In this document: piece by piece, positions 41,233-51,768 of the stretch
How positions within the stretch are numbered: the stretch's first letter is position 1
How the letters are laid out: each line of letters starts with the position of its first letter
Source of the DNA: Cyanidioschyzon merolae
Taxonomy: Eukaryota
DNA: 64,000 bases
Direction: 5' to 3' (one strand)
Assembly: GCA_000091205.1 (NCBI GenBank)
Contig: AP006494.2
Made by a program: the position numbers and the translations under genes
Notes under the pieces: model-generated
What the model was told of the DNA's origin: nothing
Seen by the model: the letters and a program-made list of their open reading frames with translations, nothing else
Databases searched by the model: none

Positions 41233-43320
41233 CTACGCAATAGAGTTCGACTTGTAGGCTGCTCGCAACGTCTCAAAAACACGTTCCCGCAAGAGTCGCT
41301 CGGCAGGGCGGCGGATGTCGTTCGCCGCCCCGCGGTCGGGGTGTGTCAAGAGCAGCGCTCGCCGATACGCGACCTTCACTTGCTGTTCATCCAGCAAAGC
41401 CTGCACAGTGAGACGCTCCCAGCCAGAGTCCTCACCTAGAATCTCGTGCAAAGTGCTCAGAAGCGCTCGAATGTTATGTGCTCGCGATCCGTTTCGCGTC
41501 CATTCACTGATGCGTTGCTCGACGACAAAGATGACTTCTGGGGTAGCGGTGCCATCTTGCGGCTCCAAAGTTTCCCGTGTCCCAGAGGTGACCTCACGGT
41601 AACCAGTGGAGGTTTCTGTTTCGATCGTGACCGAACTACTGTCCGCCGTGTATCGTTCACGAGCTTCATGTGCAGTGGGGGTCGAGCGTATCGCATGCTT
41701 ACGCCGCTCAGCGGTTGTGCTGCTGCTGCTGCTGCTGCCTGTACTGTTGCCGTTGCTCCTGCGAGTCGCCTGGAGAAATTGTTCGGGTGTGGCAGCATTG
41801 GAAGCCCGGACACGCTGTGGATCGTCGACGACTTCATTAACCTCATCCCAGGGGCTTGCCTCCTGTGCACCGCTATCCATCGCGGTAGCAGCCGCTACTG
41901 ACACAGCGTTTGAGCTGGAGGCAGGATGCAGCGCAGGTGCTTCCGCTGGTGTTCCAGCCGGGGCGTGATGCGCCGTTGCCTGAGCAGGGGCGCTTTGTGA
42001 CACGTCTTCAGACTCTTCCTCAATATCCACAAGCTGATCTTCGAGTGGTCCCTTGGGAGCGTTAGGCCTTGCTGTGCACGTCTGATCCTCTGCGCAATGG
42101 CCAGCAGGCCAAGTCGATGTCGACGGCGGCGACGATAATGACCCTGCCCGGGCGTTTCCTCGAGAGCTCACGACGTCAGCCACTGGTGCGGCGGCTGTGC
42201 TTGCTCCAGCGTCCGTCATTACGGCCAGTCCTCGTTCAAAAGCAGTATCCAAGGAACTTGCATCCAATTCGGATGCGCCAGTTGTCGGCGTAGGGCGCCA
42301 TTTCTCGTGTAATGTTTGCCATAACGTTTCCGGCTTGGTCGCCGTGGATCGTTCCATCTGCTTCCGAGTCGAAAGGCGCTGCAGAGCAGACCGACCGAGA
42401 GCGGCCTCATTGGATGGAGCGCCCCCGTCAGCTCCAGTCCCAGCTCCAGTTCCAGCACCAGCGGGATTCCCGCACGAATCAAGCCTCCTGTTCGGCCTGT
42501 TCCGCGTCGCAGCCTTCTTCGAAGAATCATCGCCATGAAGGCGGTGCTGCTCCGTCACCACAAAAGAGGCCGCTGCATAAAATTGTCGTTGAATTTCGAG
42601 CAGCTCTGTGAGGCAACTCGGTAGTAGCTCCGAGCGGGCCAGAATCCACGCTTCGAGGTGCACACAGGTTTCCTCGCACTTGCCCAAGAGAGGTCCCATC
42701 ACACTATTATAGACTTCTTCCACAGAACCAACGTACCCATATGCACCACTCTGCATACTTAGCTGCCGCAAACTTGCCTGTGCTTGTTGAATCTCTTCGA
42801 CCAAGCCAAGGACGCCCTCGAGGAGCGCCTGACCTTCATTGAGTGCCATCGCTAGCGGCTGCTGAACCCGCAGCCGGAGACGTTTCTCAGTCACGCGCAG
42901 CACTCGTTCTTCAAGGTCCAGCTGACACTCGTTCCATTGCGCCCAGAGCGCCCGTCGTGTAGCGTCCGGTTCCATGTTCGATGCGCTGGTACCGGGCTCT
43001 GTGACAAACGGCGATGAGGGTACTGCGTCGCGCCAGTTTGCCATAAACTCCTGCATGCTCCTCAAAATACGCTCTATCGACGTTTCGAATCCAACCCAAT
43101 CATGCAACATCTGGTATAGCGTGGCTCCAGCAAAGCTAAGTCGCTGAAAGCGCTCACCGAATGTAGCTAGCCGTTGCCCGACGTGCTCCCACCGGCTCAG
43201 TACGTTCCGAACGTTCACCGGGCCGGTGCTATTCGCTTTGGCCTCAGAAACACTCCATTGTGCTGCACGCTTCGCCTCCTGCCCCAGTTCCCGCAGTCTA
43301 TTCCGCCAGGAGCGGAACAT
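41233..43320 (-). CDS. Auxilin-like J-domain protein (C-terminal J domain)
   Basis: ORF 41233..43401 (TTG at 43401; first ATG 43320). C-terminus NIRALLSTLHEILGEDSGWERLTVQALLDEQQVKVAYRRALLLTHPDRG matches the auxilin/GAK J-domain (NIRALLSTMH...QVKKVYRKAVLVVHPDK). Upstream region is low-complexity with (GCT)n-encoded poly-Ala. Confidence 0.75.
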   Translation of the reverse strand: MFRSWRNRLRELGQEAKRAAQWSVSEAKANSTGPVNVRNVLSRWEHVGQRLATFGERFQRLSFAGATLYQMLHDWVGFETSIERILRSMQEFMANWRDAVPSSPFVTEPGTSASNMEPDATRRALWAQWNECQLDLEERVLRVTEKRLRLRVQQPLAMALNEGQALLEGVLGLVEEIQQAQASLRQLSMQSGAYGYVGSVEEVYNSVMGPLLGKCEETCVHLEAWILARSELLPSCLTELLEIQRQFYAAASFVVTEQHRLHGDDSSKKAATRNRPNRRLDSCGNPAGAGTGAGTGADGGAPSNEAALGRSALQRLSTRKQMERSTATKPETLWQTLHEKWRPTPTTGASELDASSLDTAFERGLAVMTDAGASTAAAPVADVVSSRGNARAGSLSSPPSTSTWPAGHCAEDQTCTARPNAPKGPLEDQLVDIEEESEDVSQSAPAQATAHHAPAGTPAEAPALHPASSSNAVSVAAATAMDSGAQEASPWDEVNEVVDDPQRVRASNAATPEQFLQATRRSNGNSTGSSSSSSTTAERRKHAIRSTPTAHEARERYTADSSSVTIETETSTGYREVTSGTRETLEPQDGTATPEVIFVVEQRISEWTRNGSRAHNIRALLSTLHEILGEDSGWERLTVQALLDEQQVKVAYRRALLLTHPDRGAANDIRRPAERLLRERVFETLRAAYKSNSIA

Positions 43321-43581
43321 GACCGCGTCACCAACCCAGTCTGAGAACTGAGCGCTCTCGAGAAAAAGTCGCGTAGCGCCGCGCCGAGGGCGCTGGTGCA
43401 AGGCGCGCTTCGTTCTCGGACTGGGTAGGCACAGGTGCGGTGTTCCCTAGACGCGTTGCCAGGTTAGAGAGCGTTTGACCTTTCGATCTGTGAACGTTCA
43501 GAGTATTCGTGTTTCTGCAACGTCCTGGTTGTGTATCAAGAGAGCATTAAGTTCGACGGTTTTCTTTCCGAGGGCTTGTGA

Positions 43582-44397
43582 ATGCAGCGGAAGCGCCCCG
43601 AGCGCTGTCAACGCTGTGGGAAGCGCTTGCATCAAGAGCATGTGTGTGCAGCCAAGGTTTGTAGTTGGATCCGATGCTTCTCTGCTACGAAGTTTCTTCT
43701 TATGTGCTTACTATTACTGCTCTTCGTCCTGCCGGTACACGCAAAGCGAACCAAAGCAGAAACAACGACTCCAGCGTTTGAGCCCGGCTTTGAATACATA
43801 ACGTACGCCTCAGTGGTGAAGCTGGAGCACCCGCTGACGGGCCTTCGACTGCACTCCCAGGAGGTTGCGTACGGGACAGGTTCGAAGCAGCAAACCGTAA
43901 CTGCAGTCGAACGACACCTCGATGATGATCGTGCGCTATGGTTGATCAAAGCTCCCCAGCAAAGCGGCGGGCGTTTTTTCGCGGAGTCGAAAGGCATGCG
44001 GCGTGTTCGTTGTGGTGACCTCATTCGACTGGAGCATGTGGTAACGCGGACGCATTTACACAGCCATCGTTTGGCATCACCGTTGACTGGCTCCCAGGAG
44101 GTCAGCGCATTTTCGCTGTCCGCTGAGGGCAGTGGTGACTCGGGGGATCACTGGCAAGTTGAATGTATCTCGAAAGGGGCGGTCTTCTGGGCTCGCAACG
44201 AGACCGTTTACCTACGTCATGTTGATACAGAGACCATGTATCTTTCGGTTCTGGGGGAGCAGCGTTATCATGATCCTCTAGAGAATCACGCTGAAGTGGT
44301 TTGTTTAGAGCGCAAATCCATTCGACAACCTGAGCTGCGAGCACAGTGGGTAGCATCGGAGGGTTTCTTCCACGCGTCTGCCGCAGTTGAATCATGA
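43582..44397 (+). CDS. SDF2-like protein with three MIR motifs (ER lumenal chaperone-associated family)
   Basis: ATG at 43582. A second ATG at 43702 starts a signal-peptide-like MCLLLLLFVLPVHA. VVKLEHPLTGLRLHSQEVAYGTGSKQQTVTAV...WLIK...VRCGDLIRLEHVVTRTHLHSHRLASPLTGSQEVSAF...HWQVEC...VYLRHVDTETMYLSVLGEQ matches SDF2. No HDEL at the C-terminus. Confidence 0.8.
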   Translation: MQRKRPERCQRCGKRLHQEHVCAAKVCSWIRCFSATKFLLMCLLLLLFVLPVHAKRTKAETTTPAFEPGFEYITYASVVKLEHPLTGLRLHSQEVAYGTGSKQQTVTAVERHLDDDRALWLIKAPQQSGGRFFAESKGMRRVRCGDLIRLEHVVTRTHLHSHRLASPLTGSQEVSAFSLSAEGSGDSGDHWQVECISKGAVFWARNETVYLRHVDTETMYLSVLGEQRYHDPLENHAEVVCLERKSIRQPELRAQWVASEGFFHASAAVES

Positions 44398-44877
44398 CGA
44401 GACTGCTATGGCTGAGCGCACTCGGTGGTAAACCGCGAGCGCTGCGACAGTACTGACACAGCGATCATAGTGCCCCGCAGTTGCGGAACATGAGAGGCGT
44501 GTCGCTGTAGACCCGTCGAAAACTTTTGTTGCCTTGCAGCTCACGCGGTTAGCGCGGGTCGCAGCTTGCGAGCACATTCCCTTGGCAGGAGGTGCACGGC
44601 GAACGAAGTGCATCCCTGTAGCGAGGCGACGAGGCGTCCCAGGAGCCACACGCGGGCATCTCTTGCACACGCTGCGGCTGGTCTAGGCAGCCTTCATCGA
44701 ACCTAAAGAGTCGCTATATATAGCGCCCGTGCAAACGTTTCGACGCGAGTCAGCGTCACAGTTCGAGGAGTGCAACCGCGCCCGCCTCCGGAAGCCTTGG
44801 CTACTGTTGCGAGCGTAAGGCAACGCCTGCAGGAGAGCGAGGTACCGCCTGGACCGCGGTGTCTCGCAAGGACACTT

Positions 44878-45513
44878 CAACGCTGACCATATTCTACGCC
44901 GTCGACTTTTGCAGCGCTTCACGATGACTGGTGTATCCTAGTGCACGAGCAAGACTCTGGCTTTGCTCTAGGTCGCCCAACGTAACAGAGCTGCAACTGT
45001 GTTTCAACGCTGACCATATTCTACGCCGTCGAGTCTTGCAGCGCTTCACGTTGACTGGTTTATCCTAGTGTACGAACAAGACTCTGGCTTTGCTCTAGGT
45101 CGCCCAACGTAACAGAGCTGCAACTGTGTTTCAACGCTGACCATATTCTACGCCGTCGAGTCTTGCAGCGCTTCACGTTGACTGGTTTATCCTAGTGTAC
45201 GAACAAGACTCTGGCTTTGCTCTAGGTCGCCCAACGTAACAGAGCTGCAACTGTGTTTCAACGCTGACCATATTCTACGCCGTCGAGTCTTGCAGCGCTT
45301 CACGTTGACTGGTTTATCCTAGTGTACGAACAAGACTCTGGCTTTGCTCTAGGTCGCCCAACGTAACAGAGCTGCAACTGTGTTTCAACGCTGACCATAT
45401 TCTACGCCGTCGAGTCTTGCAGCGCTTCACGTTGACTGGTTTATCCTAGTGTACGAACAAGACTCTGGCTTTGCTCTAGGTCGCCCAACGTAACAGAGCT
45501 GCAACTGTCCTCC
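44878..45513. repeat. 127-bp tandem repeat, 5 copies (array B), sequence unrelated to array A
   Basis: Unit starts 44878, 45005, 45132, 45259, 45386. Copies 2-5 are identical; copy 1 carries several substitutions. Between SDF2-like 3' end and TMPK 5' end. Confidence 0.95.
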
Positions 45514-45910
45514 TGCGCGCACGCCTCCAATGCCAGTACCAGTGCCGGGAAGAGCAAGTCCTTGAGTAAACGCGAAACGCTGTTCGTTCTCCTCGATAGA
45601 CGGTGTTCATCCAGGCCTGGCTCTCGGAACAACCCGATTTCTCCTGCGGGCAAACAGAACGTGCCCTGGGGTGCGTTATTCTCAACGTATCCCGCACGAA
45701 ATCGAACGCAAAAGCACCAGGGAAACGAAGCAGAAACGGTGTTTTCGTGGTGGCGGTCGCCTGGCGTTTCAAGAGACAGTGACATCGTTTCTGTCACTTG
45801 GGTGCCAGTTACAGACCAGGAAACGTATTCGTTTCCGTCACCGCCACTGTGGTACGCACCAGAGCTGTTCCTGGTGTGCGTTGAGTGCCACTTTCAGCTA
45901 CAGTCTCACA

Positions 45911-46546
45911 ATGAACGGGACCCGGGGAACGCTTATTGCGTTCGAAGGCGGCGATCGAGCTGGAAAGAGCACACAGGCGAAGCAAGCTCTTCAATGGATA
46001 CGAGAAACTCTTCGTGAACCAGCAGTGCTGTGGCACTTTCCGAACCGGCACTCAGCCACGGGTCGGCTGCTCGACACCTACCTAAGCGGCAGTACAGAGC
46101 TCACTGGCCAAGTAGCACACCTGTTGTTCGCAGCAAACCGCTGGGAGCGCGTTGAGGAACTCTGGCAGCTCCTAGATAGCGGATCCCATGTCATTCTCGA
46201 TCGTTATGCGTACTCTGGAGTAGCATTCTCCGTAGCAGCACGGGGACTCGATCCCGAATGGTGCCTGGCAGCGGATCGCGGCCTACCGTCACCAGACTTG
46301 GTCTTGTTTCTGGACCTGGACCCGCAGCTCGCTTCGAAGCGCGGGAACTTTGGTGAAGAACGCTACGAGCAACTTGTGATTCAACAGCGAGTTCGCCAGT
46401 TCTTTCTGGACCGTCTATTTCAAAGCGAGAACTGGGTGCGCATCTCTGCGGAGCAACCTCCGGATCAAGTGCAACTACAGTGCCGACGCGCCATTACGGA
46501 GATGCTGCCTCGAGTGCGAAGCCTTCCGCTCAAACTCCTTTGGTAA
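45911..46546 (+). CDS. TMPK: Thymidylate kinase (dTMP kinase)
   Basis: Track ORF starts at a GTG at 45671; first ATG 45911 (MNGTRGTLIAFEGGDRAGKSTQAK...). P-loop EGGDRAGKST, LID/DRYAYSGVAF, LVLFLDLDPQLASKRGNFGEERYE. Collinear with eukaryotic TMPK. Confidence 0.88.
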   Translation: MNGTRGTLIAFEGGDRAGKSTQAKQALQWIRETLREPAVLWHFPNRHSATGRLLDTYLSGSTELTGQVAHLLFAANRWERVEELWQLLDSGSHVILDRYAYSGVAFSVAARGLDPEWCLAADRGLPSPDLVLFLDLDPQLASKRGNFGEERYEQLVIQQRVRQFFLDRLFQSENWVRISAEQPPDQVQLQCRRAITEMLPRVRSLPLKLLW

Positions 46547-47272
46547 ACGATTGTTCATGGAGTTGTCTAGCGCGCTGGTAAAGCGACGTTCGCGGCATGC
46601 CAAGTCGAGCGCGTTGCGACCTGCTACCGATGCGATGGACGGGTGTATCCGGGTTGGAAGGCGTCGCCAGCGAAGCACATGCGCATGCATATGATCCCTG
46701 CACTTTTATCGAACAAGTGCATTTTCTTGGAACAAATCATTGTCTCAGAGAAGGCGTTCGGCGTTTATCAGTTTCCTCATTGGATCGGACGATCCTAGAC
46801 ACCAGGGGCACGGAAGCGCTTGGCACGGGTTGTCATTACTGGCACCGCCAGACGCAGCATCTCAAACGATTGTGTGTCCAGCGAGTGTCCGTAATGTGGA
46901 GCGTCTACATGAGCGCTGCACACCAAAGCCTCTTCATGTGAAAATGACGGTACGGATTCACAGTCGATATCTCCGTTGATCGATAGTTCAAGTGCTACCA
47001 AGCCGTTTTCGAGGGCGTTTCCACGTAATGCCTAGCACATGCGGGTGTACTCGTGACTTGAGACGCCCTTACAGCTTGTTCCGTGCGCTGACTTGGTACA
47101 GTCGGCGCATGCCGACGCATGGTGGCGTCTGGGCTCGAGAGCCTATTTCAGCGCTCGCACCAGCTCGGTACCAAGCGGTGAAACGGACTCGCGAAACGAC
47201 CACCGTGGATGTTGCCTGAAGTTGCACCGATCACATTCGGTGAAACGCATGCTGAAGTTGCTCTTTGCTGTT

Positions 47273-48697
47273 CTAGAGCGCTTTGATTGTCGTGCGCAGA
47301 ATCTCCAAACATCGCATGAGCTCTGCTTCCTCAATAACAAGTGGAGGCGCGAATCGAATACGATCTCCATGGGTCGGCTTGCACAACATCCCGTTTTCCA
47401 TCAGATGCAGACAGAGCTTGGTTGCGTTCAAACCGGGTCGCCAGTTCTCAGCTATGCTGAGTGCGCAAAGAAGACCACGGCCCCGCACGTTCGTGATCAA
47501 ACCCGCGGACTCCTGTTTGATCTCCGAAAGTCCGCGCAGGAACATGTTTCCCAAATGAGCCGCCCGCTCGATCAGACCTTCATTGTGCAGCACCTCCAGT
47601 GCTGTCATAGCCACCCGACACCCCAGTGGATTACCTCCATACGTCGATCCATGCTGTCCAGGTTTGATCGTGAGCATGATTTCGGAGCTCGCCAAAACTG
47701 CGGATACCGGATACATGCCACCCGAGAGCGCCTTGCCGAGAACGAGAATATCCGGACGGATGCCGTCGTGGTCGCAGCACAGCAACTTGCCGGTACGCCC
47801 GAGGCCCGTCTGCACCTCGTCGGCAATCAGCAGCACACCGTACTGGTCGCAGAGTTCACGCACTCGACGCATATATCCCGGGCGGGGAACGATGACGCCA
47901 GCCTCTCCCTGGATGGGCTCCACCATAAACGCCGCGATATTTTGATCCCTATCAAGAAGCTGTTCGAGCGCTTCAGGGTTGTCGTATGGGATGATTTCGA
48001 AACCCGGCATGAAAGGTCCGTAGCCACCGCGCGATTCGGGGTCCGTCGAGGACGAAACTGCAGCTAAAGTGCGACCCCAAAAGTTATTCTCTGCAAAAAC
48101 AACTTTTGCTCCATAGCGAGGGATGCCTTTGACGTCGTAGGCCCAACGCCGCGCGAGCTTCACCGCAGTCTCGCCGGCCTCGACGCCGGTATTCATCGGT
48201 AGAACGCGTTCATAGCCAAAATATTCGCATATGAAGCGTTCGAACTCGCCCAGGACGTTGTTGTAGAAGGCCCTCGACGTCAGCGTGAGCGTTGCGGCTT
48301 GCTCCACCAGTGTTGCCACCAGCCGCGGGTGGCAGTGGCCCTGGTTCAGCGCAGAGTACGCGGCTAAACAGTCTATGTATGATTTTCCATCAACGTCCCA
48401 GACACGTGCACCCTTGCCGCGAGCGATCACCACTGGCAGTGGTGCATAGTTCGTTGCACCGTAACGGGCCTCTAGGTCTAGGAGGCGCTGCGCCGCCGCA
48501 GACGGCACCCGCTCCGACGGTGCCGTCGCTGCAGCGCGCCCGCTGTAGCCTCGAGTCCACGGGACGCTCGACGTTGCCGGGATCAGTCGACATGGAGCAG
48601 TTCTCAAAAGGAAGCGCAGAAGCGTACGCGTTGTGGCTCCAGGCTTTGGCATGCGCACACACTGACCGCAAAATCTCGCAGTACGTCTAGCGGGCAT
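47273..48697 (-). CDS. OAT: Ornithine aminotransferase (class III PLP aminotransferase) with N-terminal mitochondrial-type presequence
   Basis: ATG at 48697..48695. [46 protein letters not shown]...[47 protein letters not shown]...[21 protein letters not shown]. Full-length match to OAT. Confidence 0.92.
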   Translation of the reverse strand: MPARRTARFCGQCVRMPKPGATTRTLLRFLLRTAPCRLIPATSSVPWTRGYSGRAAATAPSERVPSAAAQRLLDLEARYGATNYAPLPVVIARGKGARVWDVDGKSYIDCLAAYSALNQGHCHPRLVATLVEQAATLTLTSRAFYNNVLGEFERFICEYFGYERVLPMNTGVEAGETAVKLARRWAYDVKGIPRYGAKVVFAENNFWGRTLAAVSSSTDPESRGGYGPFMPGFEIIPYDNPEALEQLLDRDQNIAAFMVEPIQGEAGVIVPRPGYMRRVRELCDQYGVLLIADEVQTGLGRTGKLLCCDHDGIRPDILVLGKALSGGMYPVSAVLASSEIMLTIKPGQHGSTYGGNPLGCRVAMTALEVLHNEGLIERAAHLGNMFLRGLSEIKQESAGLITNVRGRGLLCALSIAENWRPGLNATKLCLHLMENGMLCKPTHGDRIRFAPPLVIEEAELMRCLEILRTTIKAL

Positions 48698-49303
48698 TGG
48701 TGTCGCAGCTCAACATCTGCACTGGCAGATGCATCCATCCAACTTCTGAACAAAATGGTATATTGAGGAGATTTAGTGAAAAGCCTGTACCGTTTAGATA
48801 TAGATCAAACGAGCCGCGCGTCGCTTCGTCCGCGTCGAGCGGTACCCCCCAGCGGTGCGCAGTGCTCGAAACGCCCACCAGGAGGCTGCATCAACGCCTC
48901 GAAAATGGCGCATAGAAACTTTGCGGAACGCTACGATCACATGGAAATACGCACAAACGATGCAGATTGGGTTGCGCTCGGCAACTTGCGTGCGTGGTCT
49001 GGAACGGTGCCGCGATCCGCTCCGTTGCCTGGCTTCGCGAGAAATCTGACCGAATGCAACGTAGTCGTGAAGGGCACTTCAAGGCCGCGCCGACGCGCCT
49101 CTGCTACCATTCGAGCTCGCGCCCTGTAAAGCGCGCATTCAAGTCGAGCGTCTTGCGATCGCTGCCGACCCGTCGACAAGGCAGGCATCCGGCGGCATAG
49201 AGTATGAACTTGTATATACTTGTATCTTTATGAACCTAGCGCCGGTGGCATCAGCAATCGTATCGATCGACGAGCGCCCAGCGCGCGCAGATTGTATGTT
49301 CTC

Positions 49304-49304
<1 letters not shown>

Positions 49305-49398
<94 letters not shown>
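49305..49398. repeat. (GCGT)n tetranucleotide microsatellite, ~23 copies, alternating purine/pyrimidine
   Basis: Read directly. Ends 58 bp upstream of the SENP ATG, in the divergent OAT/SENP intergenic region. Confidence 0.95.
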
Positions 49399-49399
<1 letters not shown>

Positions 49400-49455
49400 A
49401 GCTGCCTCAACTGTAGGGCGCTTACCGCGCTCGGTACTTGAGCGGAACGTGTCGA

Positions 49456-51342
49456 ATGCCCTGGACTTTATGGTCAGCCATTTCCAGAGTGCTAGGTGAT
49501 TGGGTATGGCGCCCTGAGGAGGCGCAGGCGTGCAACGCCACGACTCTGGGGACGGCAGAAACGAGCGCTAACACCCGCGACGTGCAACCGGCACGCCGAG
49601 AGGCGGCTGTGTTCCCGCAGCTCCGTGTTCGTGAAGCGCCAGCGTCGACTTGTGTGGTTGAAAACGCCTGGCGGTCACTAGACACAGAGTACGTACCAAA
49701 CACGTGTCTATTTGGAGCGTTGAGCGCAAGTGGTGCCGAAGATGCGCGGTTTTCGGCGGTCGGACGGTCAGAGGCCGCAGCGCTATTATGTACAGGTTCG
49801 GCATATGGGGATAATCGAGTGCTCAAGCCAGATGAAACGAAAGATTCAATAGAGGGCGATAATCATGAGAGTTCGAAAAGGTTTGCAGTGCCTGCGCGGA
49901 TCCCGGTCTCTAGCGTGTTCGCTGTGCACTCTCGGCGGCCAGGTCTTGGTGCAAATTCGACGGACGACGTTGGCTATCGAGATATGAGCGCCGAAACTCT
50001 TGTTCATGAGAACTTGTCCCGATCGAGGCGGAGAGAGTCTGCGGCAGAGCGCGAGCGCTTGTTGCGACGACTTGCAAGACTTGAGTCCAGCGTGCCGCCC
50101 GCCGTGTCGTATGCTCGTGAACCGGCGTTCCGGACCGAAACTACTACCGCGGCATCCAGGACGAGCTCGCCAGCGGTGCTCCGACAAGAATACCCCGATG
50201 CTCGTTCCCGAGACGTAGACAGAGTCTCTCCAGACACTAGCCTCGTTCGACTGCGCGCTAGTGCAGCGCTGCTCAGTTCCTACCTGGACTACACCAGGCG
50301 CCTGGGGACGCAAAAGCATGATGAGCGGAGCCGAAGCGAGGCGCAGGCGCACACGCAGTCACCGGAGAGCGAGGCGCAAGTGGTGGAAATTATCGACATC
50401 TCCGACGATGAATCCACGGTTGATGAACGTGATCTCGCTGCTGCTGCTGCTACTGCTGCTGCTGCGCATGAGCGCTGGAATACCTCAGCGGATCCGTCGC
50501 GACGAATGCACGTTATGATTCCTGATAAGGGCAACAAAGCGCTCCATCGAACTGAATCCGAAAATCTCATAGCAGGGCCAGTTCGTGCGGAAATCATCTC
50601 CACCTTGCAAAAGTGCTCGAGTTTGACGAGCCCGGTAACTGACGTGGCCCATCGGGTTCTGGAGATCGCCTGGAACTCGGGGCTCGATGTGCGCGAGCCT
50701 CTTGTGTCTCATGAGGGCTTCAAACTGACTCGAAGTGATCTCCTCCGCTTACGCCCTGGAGGATGGCTGAACGACGCGATTCTGAACGCATATTGTCAGG
50801 GTTTGCTCATGGAGCGCCAGACCCGAGAAGGCACGCGTCGCCAGTGGCCTCGCTGTGCCATATTCTCGACTTTCTTCTACACTCGTCTGTGCAACAGCGA
50901 TCGCCTCGGCGATGCATATGATTACAATGGCGTTCGTCGGTGGACTCGAAGTGTGAACGTTTTCGAACTTGATCGCGTTTTGGTGCCGATTAACTTGAGC
51001 AATACACATTGGACACTCGCGCTCATTGAGCCACATAGCCGCAAGCTGACCTACTATGACAGCATGGGCGGTACCGGTAAGGGTGTCCTACAGACGCTTC
51101 GCCGGTGGCTCTGCGACGAGGCCATGGACAAGCTGCAGCTACGCATTGACGAGCAGGCTTGGACGCTCACTGTGCCTAAATCGGTGCCGTTGCAGACGAA
51201 TGGAAATGACTGTGGCGTATTCGTGGCTGCATTTGCAGAACATCTAACGCGCACTGCACCAGTGGCTTTCTCGGCGTCAATGATCCCCCATTTCCGCATG
51301 CGGATGTGCGTTGAGATTTTATGTGGTTACGTACCACCATAG
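49456..51342 (+). CDS. Ulp1/SENP-family SUMO protease (C48 cysteine peptidase) with long low-complexity N-terminal region
   Basis: ORF 49438..51342 (TTG start; first ATG 49456). C-terminal catalytic domain WLNDAILNAYCQGL...FSTFFYTRL...RWTRSVNVFELDRVLVPINLSNTHWTLALIEPHSRKLTYYDSMGG...LQTNGNDCGVFV with His/Asp/Cys catalytic residues in the canonical order. Confidence 0.8.
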   Translation: MPWTLWSAISRVLGDWVWRPEEAQACNATTLGTAETSANTRDVQPARREAAVFPQLRVREAPASTCVVENAWRSLDTEYVPNTCLFGALSASGAEDARFSAVGRSEAAALLCTGSAYGDNRVLKPDETKDSIEGDNHESSKRFAVPARIPVSSVFAVHSRRPGLGANSTDDVGYRDMSAETLVHENLSRSRRRESAAERERLLRRLARLESSVPPAVSYAREPAFRTETTTAASRTSSPAVLRQEYPDARSRDVDRVSPDTSLVRLRASAALLSSYLDYTRRLGTQKHDERSRSEAQAHTQSPESEAQVVEIIDISDDESTVDERDLAAAAATAAAAHERWNTSADPSRRMHVMIPDKGNKALHRTESENLIAGPVRAEIISTLQKCSSLTSPVTDVAHRVLEIAWNSGLDVREPLVSHEGFKLTRSDLLRLRPGGWLNDAILNAYCQGLLMERQTREGTRRQWPRCAIFSTFFYTRLCNSDRLGDAYDYNGVRRWTRSVNVFELDRVLVPINLSNTHWTLALIEPHSRKLTYYDSMGGTGKGVLQTLRRWLCDEAMDKLQLRIDEQAWTLTVPKSVPLQTNGNDCGVFVAAFAEHLTRTAPVAFSASMIPHFRMRMCVEILCGYVPP

Positions 51343-51768
51343 GACACTGGCACGCGACACGGTCACGATTCCGAACGGCAGTATGCTCCCGTACGAGGCC
51401 TCGTATCCGTATACGAGCGCATTGCTCTGGACGCAGCTCGATGTTATTGCCGCGAGATGGTCCAGCAAAGCGGACCGCATCGACTACCCTGCAAGCCGTG
51501 CGAGTCTGCCAGGCATTCTGATTCTGGATGACGCTTCCATGGCCCAGCAAAGTTTTTCAGATCCGATCCGAGCATGGATCGCGTTTGCAAGCGAGTCTTC
51601 TGTTCCACCATGACGACGCAATCGTCTGCCCTACATCCACATGATAACGGGTAGGCTGCGCTCCGACTGGCACGCGAGGCAGGCCTGACACGCGAGGCAC
51701 CTGTGTATAACCATTCTTCTGGATTCCGAGCAGCATCGCTGCGCTGCAGCTGCGATAGCTTTTGTTTT

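Noticed and set aside
47093-48067. 324-aa plus-strand ORF inside the OAT locus
   Set aside because: Antisense to the full-length, strongly conserved ornithine aminotransferase CDS. Translation has no recognisable features.
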